From the human T2T-CHM13v2.0 reference genome, Homo sapiens, in NCBI RefSeq assembly GCF_009914755.1, contig NC_060938.1: 64,000 bases of DNA; one strand, 5' to 3'. Under the pieces are notes generated by a model. The model ran no database searches. It was not told where the DNA came from and saw only the letters and a program-made list of their open reading frames with translations. Positions 1 through 21,264 of this stretch are shown here, in pieces; position 1 is the first letter of the stretch; each line of letters begins with the position of its first letter. A program made the translations under genes and the position numbers.

Positions 1-39
1 TTTTAAATATATTCCATAATACAATAGTGGATATCATGA

Positions 40-387
40 GCTGGAGGGGTGGGTAAAATGAGGCACTGTTGTTCAATGGGGATAAAGTTTCAGTTTCGCT
101 AGATGAATAAATTCTAGATATCTACTGTGCAACATAGTGCCTATAGTTAACAATAAGGTATCGTGCATGTCAAAATTTGTTAATAGGGTGGACCTTGTGT
201 TATGTGCTCCTACCACACACACACACACACAAAGGAGCACAAGAAAAGTTTGGGAGGTGTTAGATATATCTAATACCTTGATTGTAGTGATGGTATCACA
301 GATGTTTGCATATGTCCAAACTCATCAAATTGTATACATTAAACATGTGTAGTTGTCAATTATACTTCAATAAAGTTGTTTTTAAAA
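40..387 (+). mobile_element. L1MB-type LINE-1 3' end fragment
   Basis: Typical old-L1 3'UTR text (gataaagtttcagtt...aaactcatcaaattgtatacattaaa...ttcaataaagttg). Confidence 0.8.
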
Positions 388-496
388 GAGAGACTTAAGA
401 GATAAGGGTACAGAGACATGGCAATTGTTTGGTTATGTGGAGTGACAAAGAAAGTTCTTTCCAGATTTCTGCCTTGTAAAATGGATAAAAGTGCTA

Positions 497-1153
<657 letters not shown>

Positions 1154-1680
1154 TTAGCTCTATTTTGAATTCTTTTACTCTGATGTTGAGTCTGAATTTG
1201 CCTTTTAAGACCTTTAAGAAGAAATGTCAACAAGTTCATTAGACAAGTGTGAAGCCCAGATAAAAGACCTGGGCTACAGGTAAATTTGGGGTCATTCTCA
1301 CATCAGTGGAAAATGAAGCCAAGGATATAAGTGAGAAGATCTAGGGGATAAATGCAAAGTGAGAAGAGGACAGCCGAGGACTAAGTCTTAGAAACTCCAA
1401 AGACAAAGGAATGAACAGAGAGGCAGGATGAAACGTAGGGGCGTGCAGTGTCACAGAGTCTGGGAAAGGGGGGAATTACCACCAAATTAGAATGCTGCTG
1501 AGACATTAGGATCAAGTTAGGAATACGTGAGAGTTGTTTCAAGATTGAGCTGAGAAGTCAATGGAAGGTGAGAAAATGGAAGCAGTGGAAATAGATATTT
1601 ATTTTGAGATAGTTCTCTAGGAGACAAATACCTGTGAGGTTGACAAAAAGTTTGGGATGTAGATTTGGGGATTTTGTGGG

Positions 1681-2097
1681 TATTATAGACTGAATATTTG
1701 CATATCCCTAAAATTTATAAAAAGTCCTAACCCCCAATTTGATGGTATTAGGAGATTGTATTGGCAGATTGTATTGGCAGTTTTCCAATGAGAAATATCC
1801 CCCTGAGAATCCCCTGATGCCTGGGAAGTAATTCGGTTTGGAGAAGGTCAATGAGGGTGGAGACCGCATGATAGGATTTGTTCTCTTATAGGAAGAGGAA
1901 CAGACAGCGCTTCCTCTCTACCATGTGAGGATACAGTGAGGAAGCCATATGCAAACCAGAAAGAGGGCCTTCATCCAGAACCAAATATGCAGATACCTTG
2001 ATCTTGTACTTCCCAGCCTCCAGAATTGCAAGAAATAAATGTTGTTTAAGCCACCAGGTTTATAGTATTTTGTTATGGTAGCCCTATCAGAATAAAA
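1681..2097 (+). mobile_element. MLT1A-family MaLR solo LTR with a ~60-bp internal insertion
   Basis: gatggtattaggag...ccatgtgaggatacagtgag...ccttgatcttgtacttcccagcctccagaattgcaagaaataaatgttgtttaagccacc. Confidence 0.85.
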
Positions 2098-2239
2098 CCG
2101 TTGCAGGGTCGGGGGAGAGGTTGTTATGTTTTATTGTGTTTGGTTTGGTTTGGTTTAGTGGGAGAAAACAGGAATATGTTTTAAAGCTGATGGGAATCAC
2201 ACCATCTTTGAAAGAAAGATATTTTGGTGCATATGTTAT

Positions 2240-2345
2240 AGCTCAGAAACCCAAGGATCATAAGGATTAAATAATTAGTCCTAAATAATATAACTAAGAA
2301 GTGGTTGAACCAGGTCCCAAATATAGGTCTGTCTGACTCCACTTA
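2240..2345 (-). mobile_element. MIR fragment
   Basis: Degenerate MIR core ending caggtcccaaatataggtctgtctgactcc. Confidence 0.5.
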
Positions 2346-3050
2346 GCCATGTTGCTCTCAATAAATATTTACTGCACACCCACTATATACAAGGCCAGAT
2401 GATATAAATTCATATTCAACTAGGACTGGGGACAGATTCAGTACACAACGTGATGATCACACTCCATAGAAAAAGAATCTGTTCTCAAGTCTAGTACATA
2501 CCAGAAAGACTCTTTCTCACCCTTAGAACTGCTAACTTTTTATAGTGACAACATGAAAATTTAGAGTTGTCTAAAACCTTAGAGCGGCCTAGAACCACTA
2601 GAAATTAAGGAAAAGGATGAAAAGATGGTGTGTGAGAGAGTAGAAAAGAGGAAATAAAGGCATGATTTCAGCCTGAGTTATATAATTATGCCATTCTTGG
2701 CGATCCATGAAGGAAAAACATGGGATCACTAATTTATGTATTATCATTAATACTTCTATAGTTCTGATGATATCATCTCATCTCATTCCTAATGCACATA
2801 TTCCTCTCTTATGGGGATTTTTAACAGGCTGGTATGAGTGATTATCAAGATCAAATATTTTCAAGGAATACACTATCTTTGTTGGAGTGGGAATCCCTAA
2901 CTGCTGGCCAAATTCCAGTAAGAAATATCCCCCTGAGAATCCTAACCACCAACCGTTCTTAAGACCTAGCACCACTGGATATTTGCTCAGTGTTTCTTGT
3001 ACTTCCCCAGGGAGTATTTTTAAAATAAAAAGAATTGAGAAAGTTCTATT

Positions 3051-3232
3051 GCAGTGACTCTCAACCTTGGCTGCACACTGTAATAACCTGTAAAGCTTTT
3101 AAAATTCTGCTTTTGAAAGCACCAATGCCTGGGTTCTTACTCCCAAAGATTCAGATACAACAGGTCTTGAGTGTGGCCTATGTAATGAAATTTTTAGATT
3201 TCCCCCAAGTGAACCAAATGGGTAGCCCAGGC
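3051..3232. mobile_element. MER5A-like hAT-Charlie MITE
   Basis: cagtgactctcaaccttggctgcacac...aatgcctgggttc...gattcagat...ttcccccaagtga. Confidence 0.7.
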
Positions 3233-3744
3233 CCCTGTCACCCATACAAGTGCTCTCTGGGAAAGTTCATCCTTGCAACAGCCAATATTCACTTCAAAGT
3301 AGATACCATGCTAGTCACAGGGGCACAAAGATAAGTAAGACAAGATCCCCGTCCTAAAGGTAGTTTGCTTCCTCATGGAGGGGTCAGATATAAAACAATT
3401 GCAATATCTTTAATACATCCTCAGACATCAACCGCACCACCACTCCTCTACTTTGGAGAATTTCATTTGTTAATTGGCAGAGTATTCAGAACATTTGTTC
3501 CAATTTTCTCCATAGCAGGGGAATTTTTCTTCAGGACCTCCAGAGTTGTGGTTCTCTAGACTATGCTGCCACTAAAAGCAAACAGGGACTCTCCTTTACA
3601 GTCCACTCTAAAGGTGAATGCCCCCTTCCTTCCTGGGGTCAAGGAGGAAAAGAGGAACAGCAAAACATCCTGTAGTAGATATTGTTCTTTACCTACCATA
3701 GACATACTCCCACCCACCATCACCGTTTCTTCCCTCTGTGCAAC

Positions 3745-4270
3745 AAGAATATCAACTTTATGTTCAGTCAGATAGGGGCGCTGGGCTTCCCCTAAGGTTC
3801 AGGAATTGATCAGGATCAACTGGAAACAGTTACGGCAGTGCCTTTCCACTTTGCCAGATAAGTTCTTTCCCAGCCCCTTTGCCACTAAAGGTGCCATAAA
3901 ACAATTTCAGCCAATAAAGTAAAAGGAGAAGTTTGAAAATGAGCTTCAGGGAACATTTCTCCACGATAGGAGAAAGCTTCTGGCCTTTTTTTTTTCTTTT
4001 TCCTGTATTCAAACAGATTTAATGTCTGATGCTGGAACAGACATCTCGAGACCATGAAGCAACAAGCACAGCACAAAAAGGCAACCTGCTGAGAACCAGT
4101 AGTCAGAAAGAGCAAAGGAACCTGAGTCCTGTATGACCTTATTGAGCCCCTGCTCTAGCCTCAGACAGACTTCATGCAGACTTCTTACCCTGTGCAAAAA
4201 GTTAAACCCTATTTGTTCAAGTTACTCTTGGTCAGGTTTTCTGCTACTGTCAACATCATAACTAATATAC
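3745..4270 (+). mobile_element. Old MLT1 (J/K/L-type) LTR
   Basis: 3' end aaaccctatttgttcaagttactcttggtcaggttttctgctact...actaatatac. Confidence 0.55.
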
Positions 4271-4539
4271 AGCCCATCTTCCCTGCTACTTTGTCCACCT
4301 GGCCTCCAGAAGACAAACATATTAGATGGCAATGTAATGATGAAGTTATTTTGGAGGGAAGTTCAGAAGAGAAATATAGTGTGAGATGGACAAAGTTAAC
4401 ATTCTGGCTAATCTAGACTTTTCCATGTACCATTTAAGCAAAGCATCTCCAGAATTTGTTCTTCATCCTTCACAATAAAAGTGACCACTTCAAAGCTTCC
4501 TCTGCTTTGAATCAGACCCATTGACCTCCAGTTCACAGC

Positions 4540-5105
4540 TGTGCTGTGGGGGTTTTCACTGTCAAACTAGGGACCCACATTTCCTAGGATCTCCTTCCCT
4601 GGATGGTCTGAGGTAGGTTGGCCAAAAGAAGAATTTGCAAGAGATTTGAAAGACAGAAGTAAAGCAGTGACCATTATTCTCTGGAGTTCATTGTTGACAG
4701 ACATAGAGATGGACAGATGAGAAATAACCGGTAGGTTTCATTTCATCCTCAATTTCCTCTATTCTGCATCCAACTCTTCTTCCCAAATGCTGACCTTGTT
4801 GACCCCAGGCCCACCACAGGCAGTAACCATATAGAGGCAAGAACTTGCCACAGATCTTTCCATGTGCTTCACCTTTGCAGCTCCATTTTAATGGCTGGAC
4901 ATGCTTAGCTTCTCAGATGGACTGTTAGTACGGCCATTATGGAAAATAATATGGAGGTTTCTCAAAAAGTCCTATATTTTCTGATCCTGCAACTCCCCTT
5001 TCAGATCATCACTTTCCCAGCACCTCAACTGTGTAAGATCTAATTCCTATAATAAATGCCTTATCTCATAACACTCATGTATATTCTGTTCCCCTGACTG
5101 ATGCA
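4540..5105 (+). mobile_element. ERVL solo LTR (LTR41/LTR33-like)
   Basis: cccacatttcctaggatctccttccctg...ggccaaaagaagaatttgcaagagatttgaaagacagaagtaaagcag; 3' aattcctataataaatgcc. Confidence 0.6.
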
Positions 5106-5499
5106 CCTGCTCACCCACTCTCTTCCCTCCTATACTCCACACTACAGGTGAAAAGACCCTATTCTCAATTTCTTCCTCAGATCAGATGGCGAGCAGTGAT
5201 GTTATCCCCACCCTACTACAGTTTATTAACCAGAGTGAGTATGTGTCCCCCAATTCTAGTTCCAGCTTTCCTCCTGCGATAGTGACAAGCCTGCTGATTC
5301 TTTTACTAGGAGACCAATTAAATAAGCACTTTTCTCAGTGACAAACATTAGCTTTCCTTGGAGACAAGTAAGTCTCCATGTAGAAGAAAGAACATTTCCC
5401 CAGTAACAGGGCTCTGTCTTGCCATGGAGAAATAATGGGCAACCTGTTTTAGCTCAGAAACACTGGGGTTTCATTCAACTGGGCAGAGACCAGACAACA

Positions 5500-5562
5500 A
5501 CACAAGAGAATTGCACAGCTACACAAGATAATCGCACAGCCACATATGAGAATCGCACAGTG
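5500..5562 (+). repeat. 21-bp degenerate tandem repeat x3
   Basis: acacaagagaattgcacagct / acacaagataatcgcacagcc / acatatgagaatcgcacagtg. Confidence 0.85.
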
Positions 5563-8500
5563 GCATCGTGTTTACCAGGTAATGGCCCCTGCTCAGGTCG
5601 TATCATTTTGAGTTATATCTCTCTTTGATGAAAAGGTTAGGGAATGGGGGGTTATTTGGCAATTCCTCCCACCATAGAGTGTGAAGTAAGAGCTATGAAA
5701 ACACCAAATATGAAGTGATAAATGTAGCTGGAGAGCATAGAGGTTTCCATGTCAGCTGGAACCTCTCTTGTTACAAAAGGGGGAAAATATTTTTCCAAGC
5801 TGAGTATCCCTCACTATCTGAATATATTCTATTCCCGGGTCCACACATTAAGAGCTTGAATAAGAAAGAGAGCATTACCAGAGCCTATTCCAATTCCTCA
5901 AACAAACTGAAACACTTTAGCACCTCCTTGCAAGGAAAGGAGAGGGAGGAAACTTTTCACAGCATTTCAGTAAAATATCACCCTTGTTTTATTAGCAATA
6001 TTTCTAGTCACAGGTTTTTAAACACAGAATCCAATGAATCATAACCCATAATCATTTTCGTAAAATAGCAAATGTTAGCACAGAAATCTTTTTACAACCA
6101 TTTTTTTCTGAGAGAGAGACAAGAATTGTCATTTCGACCTTTCTTTCTCAGATTTCAAAGCTGCCAAAAAATGAGTATACCTTGACCTCCTAAAATAAAA
6201 AATGTCATCAGTAGCACTCTATCTCTCCATAGTCTTTTCAAAAGAAGCAGTAATTGCTTAAAAGTTAAGCCTTAAATTTAGGTTTCCTTAAAGACAGGTA
6301 GCACTTTAACATGTAAAATAGATCATAAAGTTCAGCTGTAAAATTAATTTTTACCCCAGTGAACTTTTCTTAAGCTGCTGAAATATTGCCATAAAAGGTC
6401 AAATCCTTGGTAAACTTCAGAGAGCAAGATTGTTCAAATAATATTCAGGTTGAAACAGGCAAATAAATGTGCTAATCATTCGAGCAGGATGAGACTGGGG
6501 TGTGTAGAAGCGGAAGATATGCAGCTTGGAAAAGTCTTTTAAATATAGCCAATATGAATTTCAGTCAACAAACTCACATATGAAATAAAAATCGCTTTTA
6601 TATACTATAAATCAGTACTTTGGGCCAGCAGAAAATTCAACCTGAGGCATTCTTGGCGCTCCCACGTACCCTCCCACGGTTAAACCAGGATTCCAGGGTT
6701 TGCCTAACAACAATTCAAATGGAAAACCACTCTGGCCACTGGTCTCCCCAAACAGGTCATGCCTGTGAGCTGGTCTTCACAGTGTACTTCAAAGCCAACA
6801 GCCCTCTACAGCTTCCTTCCCACCAATGGGACGTGAGAGTCTGCCGAGGCTAGAAACGCAGCATTTGGGATGCTGCCTTCCTGCTCACGCAAACTCCCCT
6901 CGGGAATCTGGCTGCTTCTTCGGGATGCAGCCACAGGCAGTACACCTATATGTAGTGCCCACAGATCTCCTCCTTTCAGACCTGGATGGTGCCCGCATAC
7001 TCCTCCCAGCTTCCCCAGAACTCTGCCTGTAATCTCAAACCTTGTCTCCTTCTTTTTTTAACAAAACCCTTTGGTGGCTGAGTAAACCCATTATCTGAAA
7101 TAGTCTCCTCCTCCCAGAAACTTTTATTTCCTTACTTGTTTTATTTTTGTCATAGCACTTTTTTGAAATCAAATACTTGTATTTTTAATTGTACTGCTCT
7201 ACCTGTATAAACATTTCTCCCTCTATATCTCCCTATACATTTACATAAAAAGTAAACTAGTACCCAGAATAATGGGTACCAGTGATAGATGCTCAATAAA
7301 GCATTATTGAATAAGTGTTGAACACACAATTTAGCCACCAACTAGTTACCCTATCCTCATGAGCAGGGAGGGTTTTCTTATCAAACCCTCCTAGGAAGCA
7401 GGTGAAAATACTTGTTTCACATCCATCTATTACACTGAATAAAAGAATAAAAAACAGTTATGTTTCTATGTTTCAACTAGTCTGAATGTTCTTACCTTGC
7501 CACATATGTTTTCAAGTTAAATGATTATTATGCTGCCTTGGGTCTCCATGAAGCACCTACATTGTCCTGAAGCTAAGTTGTGCTAGGACCGATGACCTAC
7601 AGTTTTCTCCCCATGCAGTGCAATGAGAGAAACCTGTGAAACCTGAGAGGAAGAAAGAGGAGGGCAGAAAGGACTCCTGACCTTACTGTTTGTGCTCTGC
7701 TTCTGTTACATTTCAATCATTACATTATATCATGGAGTTCTAGGAAATTGTATGAAAACCCTTTTTATTCAGAACAATGAAAACTAGTCACCTAAAGGAA
7801 GAAAATGTGTAGGAATTAAATGAAACATTGTAACTGGCTAATGAGCAAGAAATTGTTGCAAGGAAGATGTCTGTTAAAAATACAGCCTCGTCAGTTTAGT
7901 GTTATCTAACTATAGAAGAAAAGAGCAGAAATCAATTTCACAAAAAAAAGCCAGGTGTCACATCTCTTTATCACTGTGCAATTGCACTTATAATGCATTC
8001 ATAGGACCTATTGACTCAAGTTATTACATTCTAATATAGATTAGCTAAATTGTTGAAACACAGATACACACTCAAAGAGAACATGAATTTTTAAATCCAA
8101 TTTTATATTACATTTCTTGAGAAGTTTTAGTGTGGTTTGAAATCCATCCTGGAAGAGTATAGTAGAATATTCTGCCCATTTTTATTTTACGTGAGAAAAC
8201 CAACAGGTTCACCATTTATTTCTAACTAAAATTGAATTGTCTGCGAATTGCAATAACTGTCAGCCTCTAAAGAGCTTATCTCACATCTCACAGTTTAATT
8301 GGATTGTTTTCTGAGGCAGCCTTTCCTTTTCAATTTCATAAAGACCATAAATGCTTCTATTATTGTTCTTTTGTTCTCTTCCTTCAGAATTTTGCTCATT
8401 TTAATTTTTAGTTACAGTGGCCTAAAATGACCCTGTTTTCCCTTCTAATCCAAAATTCAAGTGAACTGCAGCTATGGGACCATTTGACATCTTTCAGTCT

Positions 8501-8834
8501 ATAATTACACTGATAAGATAAGTAGGAGCTTAATAAGGAAGGCAATGAGTGAGTCATTTATAATATTTGCAAGTGATCAAAATCCTGAAGAAGCAATGCA
8601 ATTTCATTCTGCAAATGAATAATTTTTAAGTCATGTGCCTGGAGCTAGTCCAGTTATCAAGAAATCAAACCAGAAAATGACAGAAGACTTTATTTTGTCA
8701 TGCCAAATTTCCAGCTGTAAATTCTCTAACAAGAGATAGCCCTTGGGTAACAAATAAGGTACTCAACAAAACTGACTACAAAGAAAATCTGTATACCAAT
8801 ATAAAAATTTTTTGGCATTAAAAACTAAAATAGA

Positions 8835-9145
8835 GGCCATACATGGTTCACACCTATAATCCCAACACTTTAGGAGGCTGAGGTAGAAGGATTGCTCAAG
8901 CCCAGGAGTTGGAGACCAGGCTGGACAATACAAGGAGACCCCACCTTGACAAAAAATAAAAAATTAGCCAGGCATGGTGGCACACACCTGTATTCCCAGC
9001 TACTTGGGAGGCTGAGGTGAGAGGATCAATTGAGCCCAGGAGGCAGAGCGTGCAGTGAGCTAAGATCATGCCACTGTACTCCAGCCCAGATGACAGAGTG
9101 AGACACCATCTAAAAACAAACAAACAAACAAACAAACAAAAAACT
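8835..9145 (+). mobile_element. AluJ with (CAAA)n tail
   Basis: J-diagnostic ggattgctcaagcccaggag; TSD aactaaaatag at 8823-8833 and 9146-9156. Confidence 0.93.
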
Positions 9146-9792
9146 AACTAAAATAGGATTATACTGGGAAAATGTCACCCATAAATACATCACAATGTAT
9201 TGAACCAAGCTTAGCACTATATTAGGACTATGGTAATACAAACATTTTAATCTCAGTTTAAAATACCATTATAGCACAAATGTAAAAATAAAGCAAAATG
9301 GCAAGAAACTTTTAAAAAATTCTTTTATTATTTTTTAAAAAGTAAAATAAAGAAGAGAATCTAGGCAGTACTCCACAGCCTCTTCTAGACACACACATAG
9401 CTACAAATATGATTTCAATTATACATATATATATATACACACACACACACATACACACCACGCACCACCCCACACCACCATACACATACACACATTAATA
9501 GCAGCTATCTCTTGGTGGTGGATTAATAATTTTTTTATTTAGATATTTGAAAAATTTTTATAATAACTAACTATATATTACCTTGGTAATCAAATACTGA
9601 ACTACCTTGGTAATCACACATGCATATTTGAAGTCATCTTGACTCCCTAAATGATACCTACTTACTCCAATATACTTATATTTTAAGTACCAAAGGATGC
9701 TCTGTATATATTGAATAAATACTGAATCAGGGACATGAACAATATAACCCTATCATAGCTTCTTGGAAAATATAATCTATCCCCTACTCTAT

Positions 9793-10171
9793 TGTAGTAG
9801 TCCGTTTTCACACTGCTATAAAGATACTACCCAAGACTGGGTAATTTATAAAAGAAAGAGGTTTGATTGACCCACAGCTCTGCATGGCTGGTGAAGCCTC
9901 AGGAAACTTACAATCATGGCAGAAGGCAAAGGGGAAGCAAGGCGCCTTCTTCATAAGGCTGCAGGAGAGAGAGAAGCACCAGTGCAGGACAACTGCCCTT
10001 TGTAAAACCATCAGATCTCATGAGACTTACTCACTATCATGAGAATACAAAAGGAAAATTGCCCCCATGATCCAATGACCTCCCACCAGGTTCCTCCCTT
10101 AACATGTGGGGATTATGGAGATTACAATTCAAGATGAGATTTGGGTGGGGACATAGAGCCAAATCATATCA
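9793..10171 (-). mobile_element. THE1D/MSTA-type MaLR solo LTR
   Basis: TG...CA termini, complete THE1-type body; TSD tctat/tctgt. Confidence 0.93.
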
Positions 10172-12225
10172 TCTGTTTATTTTTCTCATAAGAATCAGAA
10201 CCTCCCCTCCCAATCTCTCATCCCCTCCTCCACACACACACCAGAATCATGATATATAAGCTCTCCACTTCTTACTTACATGTCACAGAGAATTTTGGAA
10301 GACAATATCTGAGTCTGAAAGTCTTTATTAGATATTTTTAGATAGGATACCATTGAGATCCCTTCAAATTTCATTATGTGGGACTACATCAACCAATGAA
10401 GGGCCAGATTAGGCTCTTTAGAGGCCTGAACACTGAAAAGGTTAAACCCTTCACATGGAATTTTTCAAAGTGACATCAAAAAATCACACACATACTAAAA
10501 TTAAAATAACCTCTGTCTAACTGTTCTACCTTCAAAGTTCAGGTTTAGAATTCTCTTTTCAGTAGTGGAGGCAGGTGGTTCTTTACTGGTCTCCTAAGCT
10601 TGCCAATAGTCCATTCACTGCCTAATCCAGCCATGCACCTAGACAGGAGACAACTCTGCTCGCCTTCTCAGTTCTGCAGTAAATTTTTGACTGCAGATTA
10701 GGGAATTGAATTACCAGCACATACTCTATTTGTATAAATTTCCCACTTCACAAAGTCAAGAAGTTTCCAAATTAGCGATAATAACATAATTTCTAAACTG
10801 CTGCTTTCTGTCTTTTGAGTTTATTTCTTTTTCTTCCTGTCTGAAGCACACAAAGCCATGCCTACAAGATCAGATATCAGTTCACATATCACTCCTCTCA
10901 TTTCCATCTCTTACAAAACCATTCTTCTCATCACAAAGCAAGCTAACCAAAAGACTAATTTGGGTGCAGTTGGAATAATTTATTCCTATCTAGCTTTATA
11001 AACACATAAGTAATGAAAATTCAAATATATATGTATGTATGCATTTTAGACATTTTAAGATTTGACTGTGAATTAAGAAAGATGCTATCAAAAGAGAGCT
11101 TGCATATTGCAGGAAGCAGTTTGGTCAATACTCAAACTCTACAGAATGAAAATGAAGACTGAATCCAGCTGTCTAAGTAATCAATTATCAACAGCTAGAG
11201 GTGGGTTTGTGTTTTGCTCAGAGTTTAAGTGTTAGCAATCATAAATTCACAAGTGTCACTAGCATCTAAAGTGAAGAAGAGAGCTTTCGATGCTACTATT
11301 TAAGCTTAGTTGACAATAAGGAAAAAGAGAAAAGAAGCTTCATTTGTAATCTGAAAAACCACACATGCACAAAAGAATACATTTCTACCATTACTCTTCC
11401 ACAGCAGCAGTAACCAAAGAATTTAGAACCAAATGATTCAGGAATTTAAGAGTCCATTAAATAGAGGGAAGAATTAGATCTCCAGTGCACTGCCTTCCCT
11501 TTCATTTGAAGTGAGTGTTTGTTACATGTTCTATTTAATATGAAGTGACTAAGACCCACTAATGCTTCAGGTCATCCAGGGAGGGTGCCCATCTGACACT
11601 CTCATTGTCACCTTAGCAATGAGGCAGGACTGCCAGGCAATTTCTACTTTATAGCTCTGAGATCTCTAAGCTGTACCTCCAAAAGGAACTGATAGGTAAA
11701 TTGCCTCTAACCCAATCCTCTTTCATCACCAAATGCATTTCAAAATATAGTTCAGGCTTTTTTTTTCATTTAATCAAACAAAAATACTTGCAGAAACACA
11801 TTAATATACAACATGAATGCTACCTTATTAATGTATAATTGTGATAGCCCAGCCTTTCATGCATATGTTTATATTGTTGCTATCAGACTGAGTCTATAAA
11901 GAGGCTGATTTTATACGTGAGTAAAAATCCAGGATCACCACCTGGTACAAAGTTAGGTGTATGCTAAACAGCTCAGCCTTTCAAAATTACTCCTCTTGCC
12001 ATGAGGGTTGGAAATTTCCACCATTTAAAACTCGCTAATTCTAGGAACCTCTTTGGAATACCCTTGGATGCTATTATAATTAGTTAATAATGAATTCACA
12101 AGAATTAGTAATTAAACAATATAAAGTCAGTCATTTATAAAAATAATGTCCCATGTAGAATAAGAGTTCTAAAATTTTCGATTTGATTATGTCATTAAAC
12201 CATAACAGACTATATCTTAGCGGGT

Positions 12226-12395
12226 TACTGCTTGGTTTGAATAATTGTGTCCCCTTCAAATTTATGTGGAAACTTAATCCCCAATGCAACAATATTAAGA
12301 GGTGAGGCCTTTAGAAGGTGATTAGGCCATGAGGGCTCTGCCCTCTGGATTTGTGCATTATAAAAGGGCTTGAGGGACTGAGTTTGCCCCTTTCA
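12226..12395 (+). mobile_element. 5' part of an MST (MSTD-like)/MLT1A LTR
   Basis: ggtttgaataattgtgtcccc...aaacttaatccccaatgcaacaatattaagaggtgaggcctttagaaggtgattaggccatgagggc. Confidence 0.75.
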
Positions 12396-13972
12396 TCAAG
12401 TGAGGCAGAGGTTGCACAACTGGTTCACAGTCCCTTTTTTCTGGCCCTGGCTGCCTGCATCCCCACTGACCTGGCTTCTGGTGCTGGTGCATCCAGCTGC
12501 TGGTTCCATTTTATGGAAAGTTTGGTAGTCTTCGAACATCCTGCTGGTCAGTCTTTCCATAACCTCTCTGTGTCAGGAGAAAAATGGGTTTGTCACCACA
12601 ACTCCCAGGTAGTGGTCTATTCCATAGCCTCTGTGTGCGGTCTCAAAGCCCTGGAGGTAGCAAACCAGTCTATAAGCACAGATACTTTCTAAAGCCTGCT
12701 CTATACCTTAAGGAAACATAATATCAACTATGACAGGCTCTGCTCCACAGGACACTAGGGTATATATTTGCCTTCTTCTGACAGGTTATGCGCTCTGCCC
12801 ATTTTCTGCTGCCCTCCTACCAGTTCCTGGGATTGATTATACCTATAAGTTCGGCCTTTCAGAGAGCTCCAAACAAGAAACTAGCATGACGGCCTATATT
12901 AAATACCTCCAATTCCAAAAGAGAATTTCTTTGCGACCCTAACTTCAGGATAGGATGAGGCACACAGAACATTCCTCTCTCCCGACATGAGGTGGTGAGA
13001 AGGCACAAAGCATCTAAAACTATATTCCATAAACTCTTCTGCCCCAACAGAAATTTCCCTCTTCCATACAGCTTGCCTTATATATCCCCTTTTTATTTAC
13101 TCTGCCATATTTTCTCACACTTGGCAAGGTCCATATGCCACCCAGACATTGCTAATCTACTGCCTTTGTCCTCGGGCATGCTAAGTGGAAAATGATTCTA
13201 AAGAAAGGAAGAACAAGCTCTTATTTTTATGTCTAAAGTTATTGTCTTGAGTAAATACGTTATGCCTTCCTCATCCTACAATCTTTCAGTGATCCTGTGA
13301 GTGCACTTGTCTCATGTCCCTTCTCAAAGATTGAGACCACACTTGAAATCTGAAACCAAAAGCACAAAGATGAATCTGATGCTTAAGTAATAAAGAGCTA
13401 TGCTAGTCGGGGAGAGCAAACTTCTGATCTAATAGAGCATTCTTGGGAAATGTTTATTGAAAAGGTTGAGATCAGCTTGAACAGCACGTTTTGTGTTGAT
13501 TACACAGGCAGACATTTAATGTCAGCCTGAGAAGCATGTTCATTGGAGTGAGACCACTACTCATTACTGATCATTAGCACGAATTAGACAATTGGACAAG
13601 TTTAAAATCAGTTCTAACCCTAACACTAACCATGGCTGTGCAATTGTCAATCTATTTCTGGGAATCTGAAGACTATTATTCTTTACCCTCAATCCTGTTT
13701 TTTATTTTCTCTCAGCCAAAGCTGCAGGAAAGATCATCACTATTGTCCAGATCTTCGCCACTGATTCTATTGGAAGCTCATTTATTCTCTTGGAAGCTCA
13801 TTTGCAGAGGCATAATTTCGACTCTGAGTGCTACTCAGCATAATTTTACCTCTCTTATTTTGGATCATCTGTTAGGAGAGTGGTATGTAGAAGTATTTAA
13901 GACTATTGATAATAAACGTGATATGACTGAAGAAAACAGGAACAACTAAGGTACTAAAAAAGGCACTGCAGA

Positions 13973-20562
<6,590 letters not shown>

Positions 20563-20985
20563 AAAAAGGCACTCCAGAACTGTGGCCTAAGATTCTTCAG
20601 ACTGGATCAATAAAACAAGCCTCAACAAGTTCTTAAATTCTACCTTAGATGGTCATATTGCTTTTTGGTTTTGCTTAGAAATAAATAGATTGTTTCACCT
20701 CCACCACCACCCCTGGTATTAATCCAGGTACAAAACAAAGTGTTAGCAATGGTAAAGATTCCCCACTGGTTGACCCAAAGAAAACGTAAAGCTATTATTT
20801 CACTTGTAGTAATCTGGGCTAATTTAAATGTTTATTCTACTATATTATTTACAAATTTGGAGAAAAATTTGTGAGATTATCTGGGTTATTTAAGTCCTAG
20901 GAATGAAATTACTATTCCCCGAATGACGCTTCCACAGTTACTACTCCAAGTAAAGATCTTATCTCTTTAAATATTTTTAGAAAGA

Positions 20986-21264
<279 letters not shown>

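Noticed and set aside
12395-13195. Cluster of short ORFs following the truncated MST LTR
   Set aside because: No recognisable protein; may be MaLR internal sequence but I could not support a call
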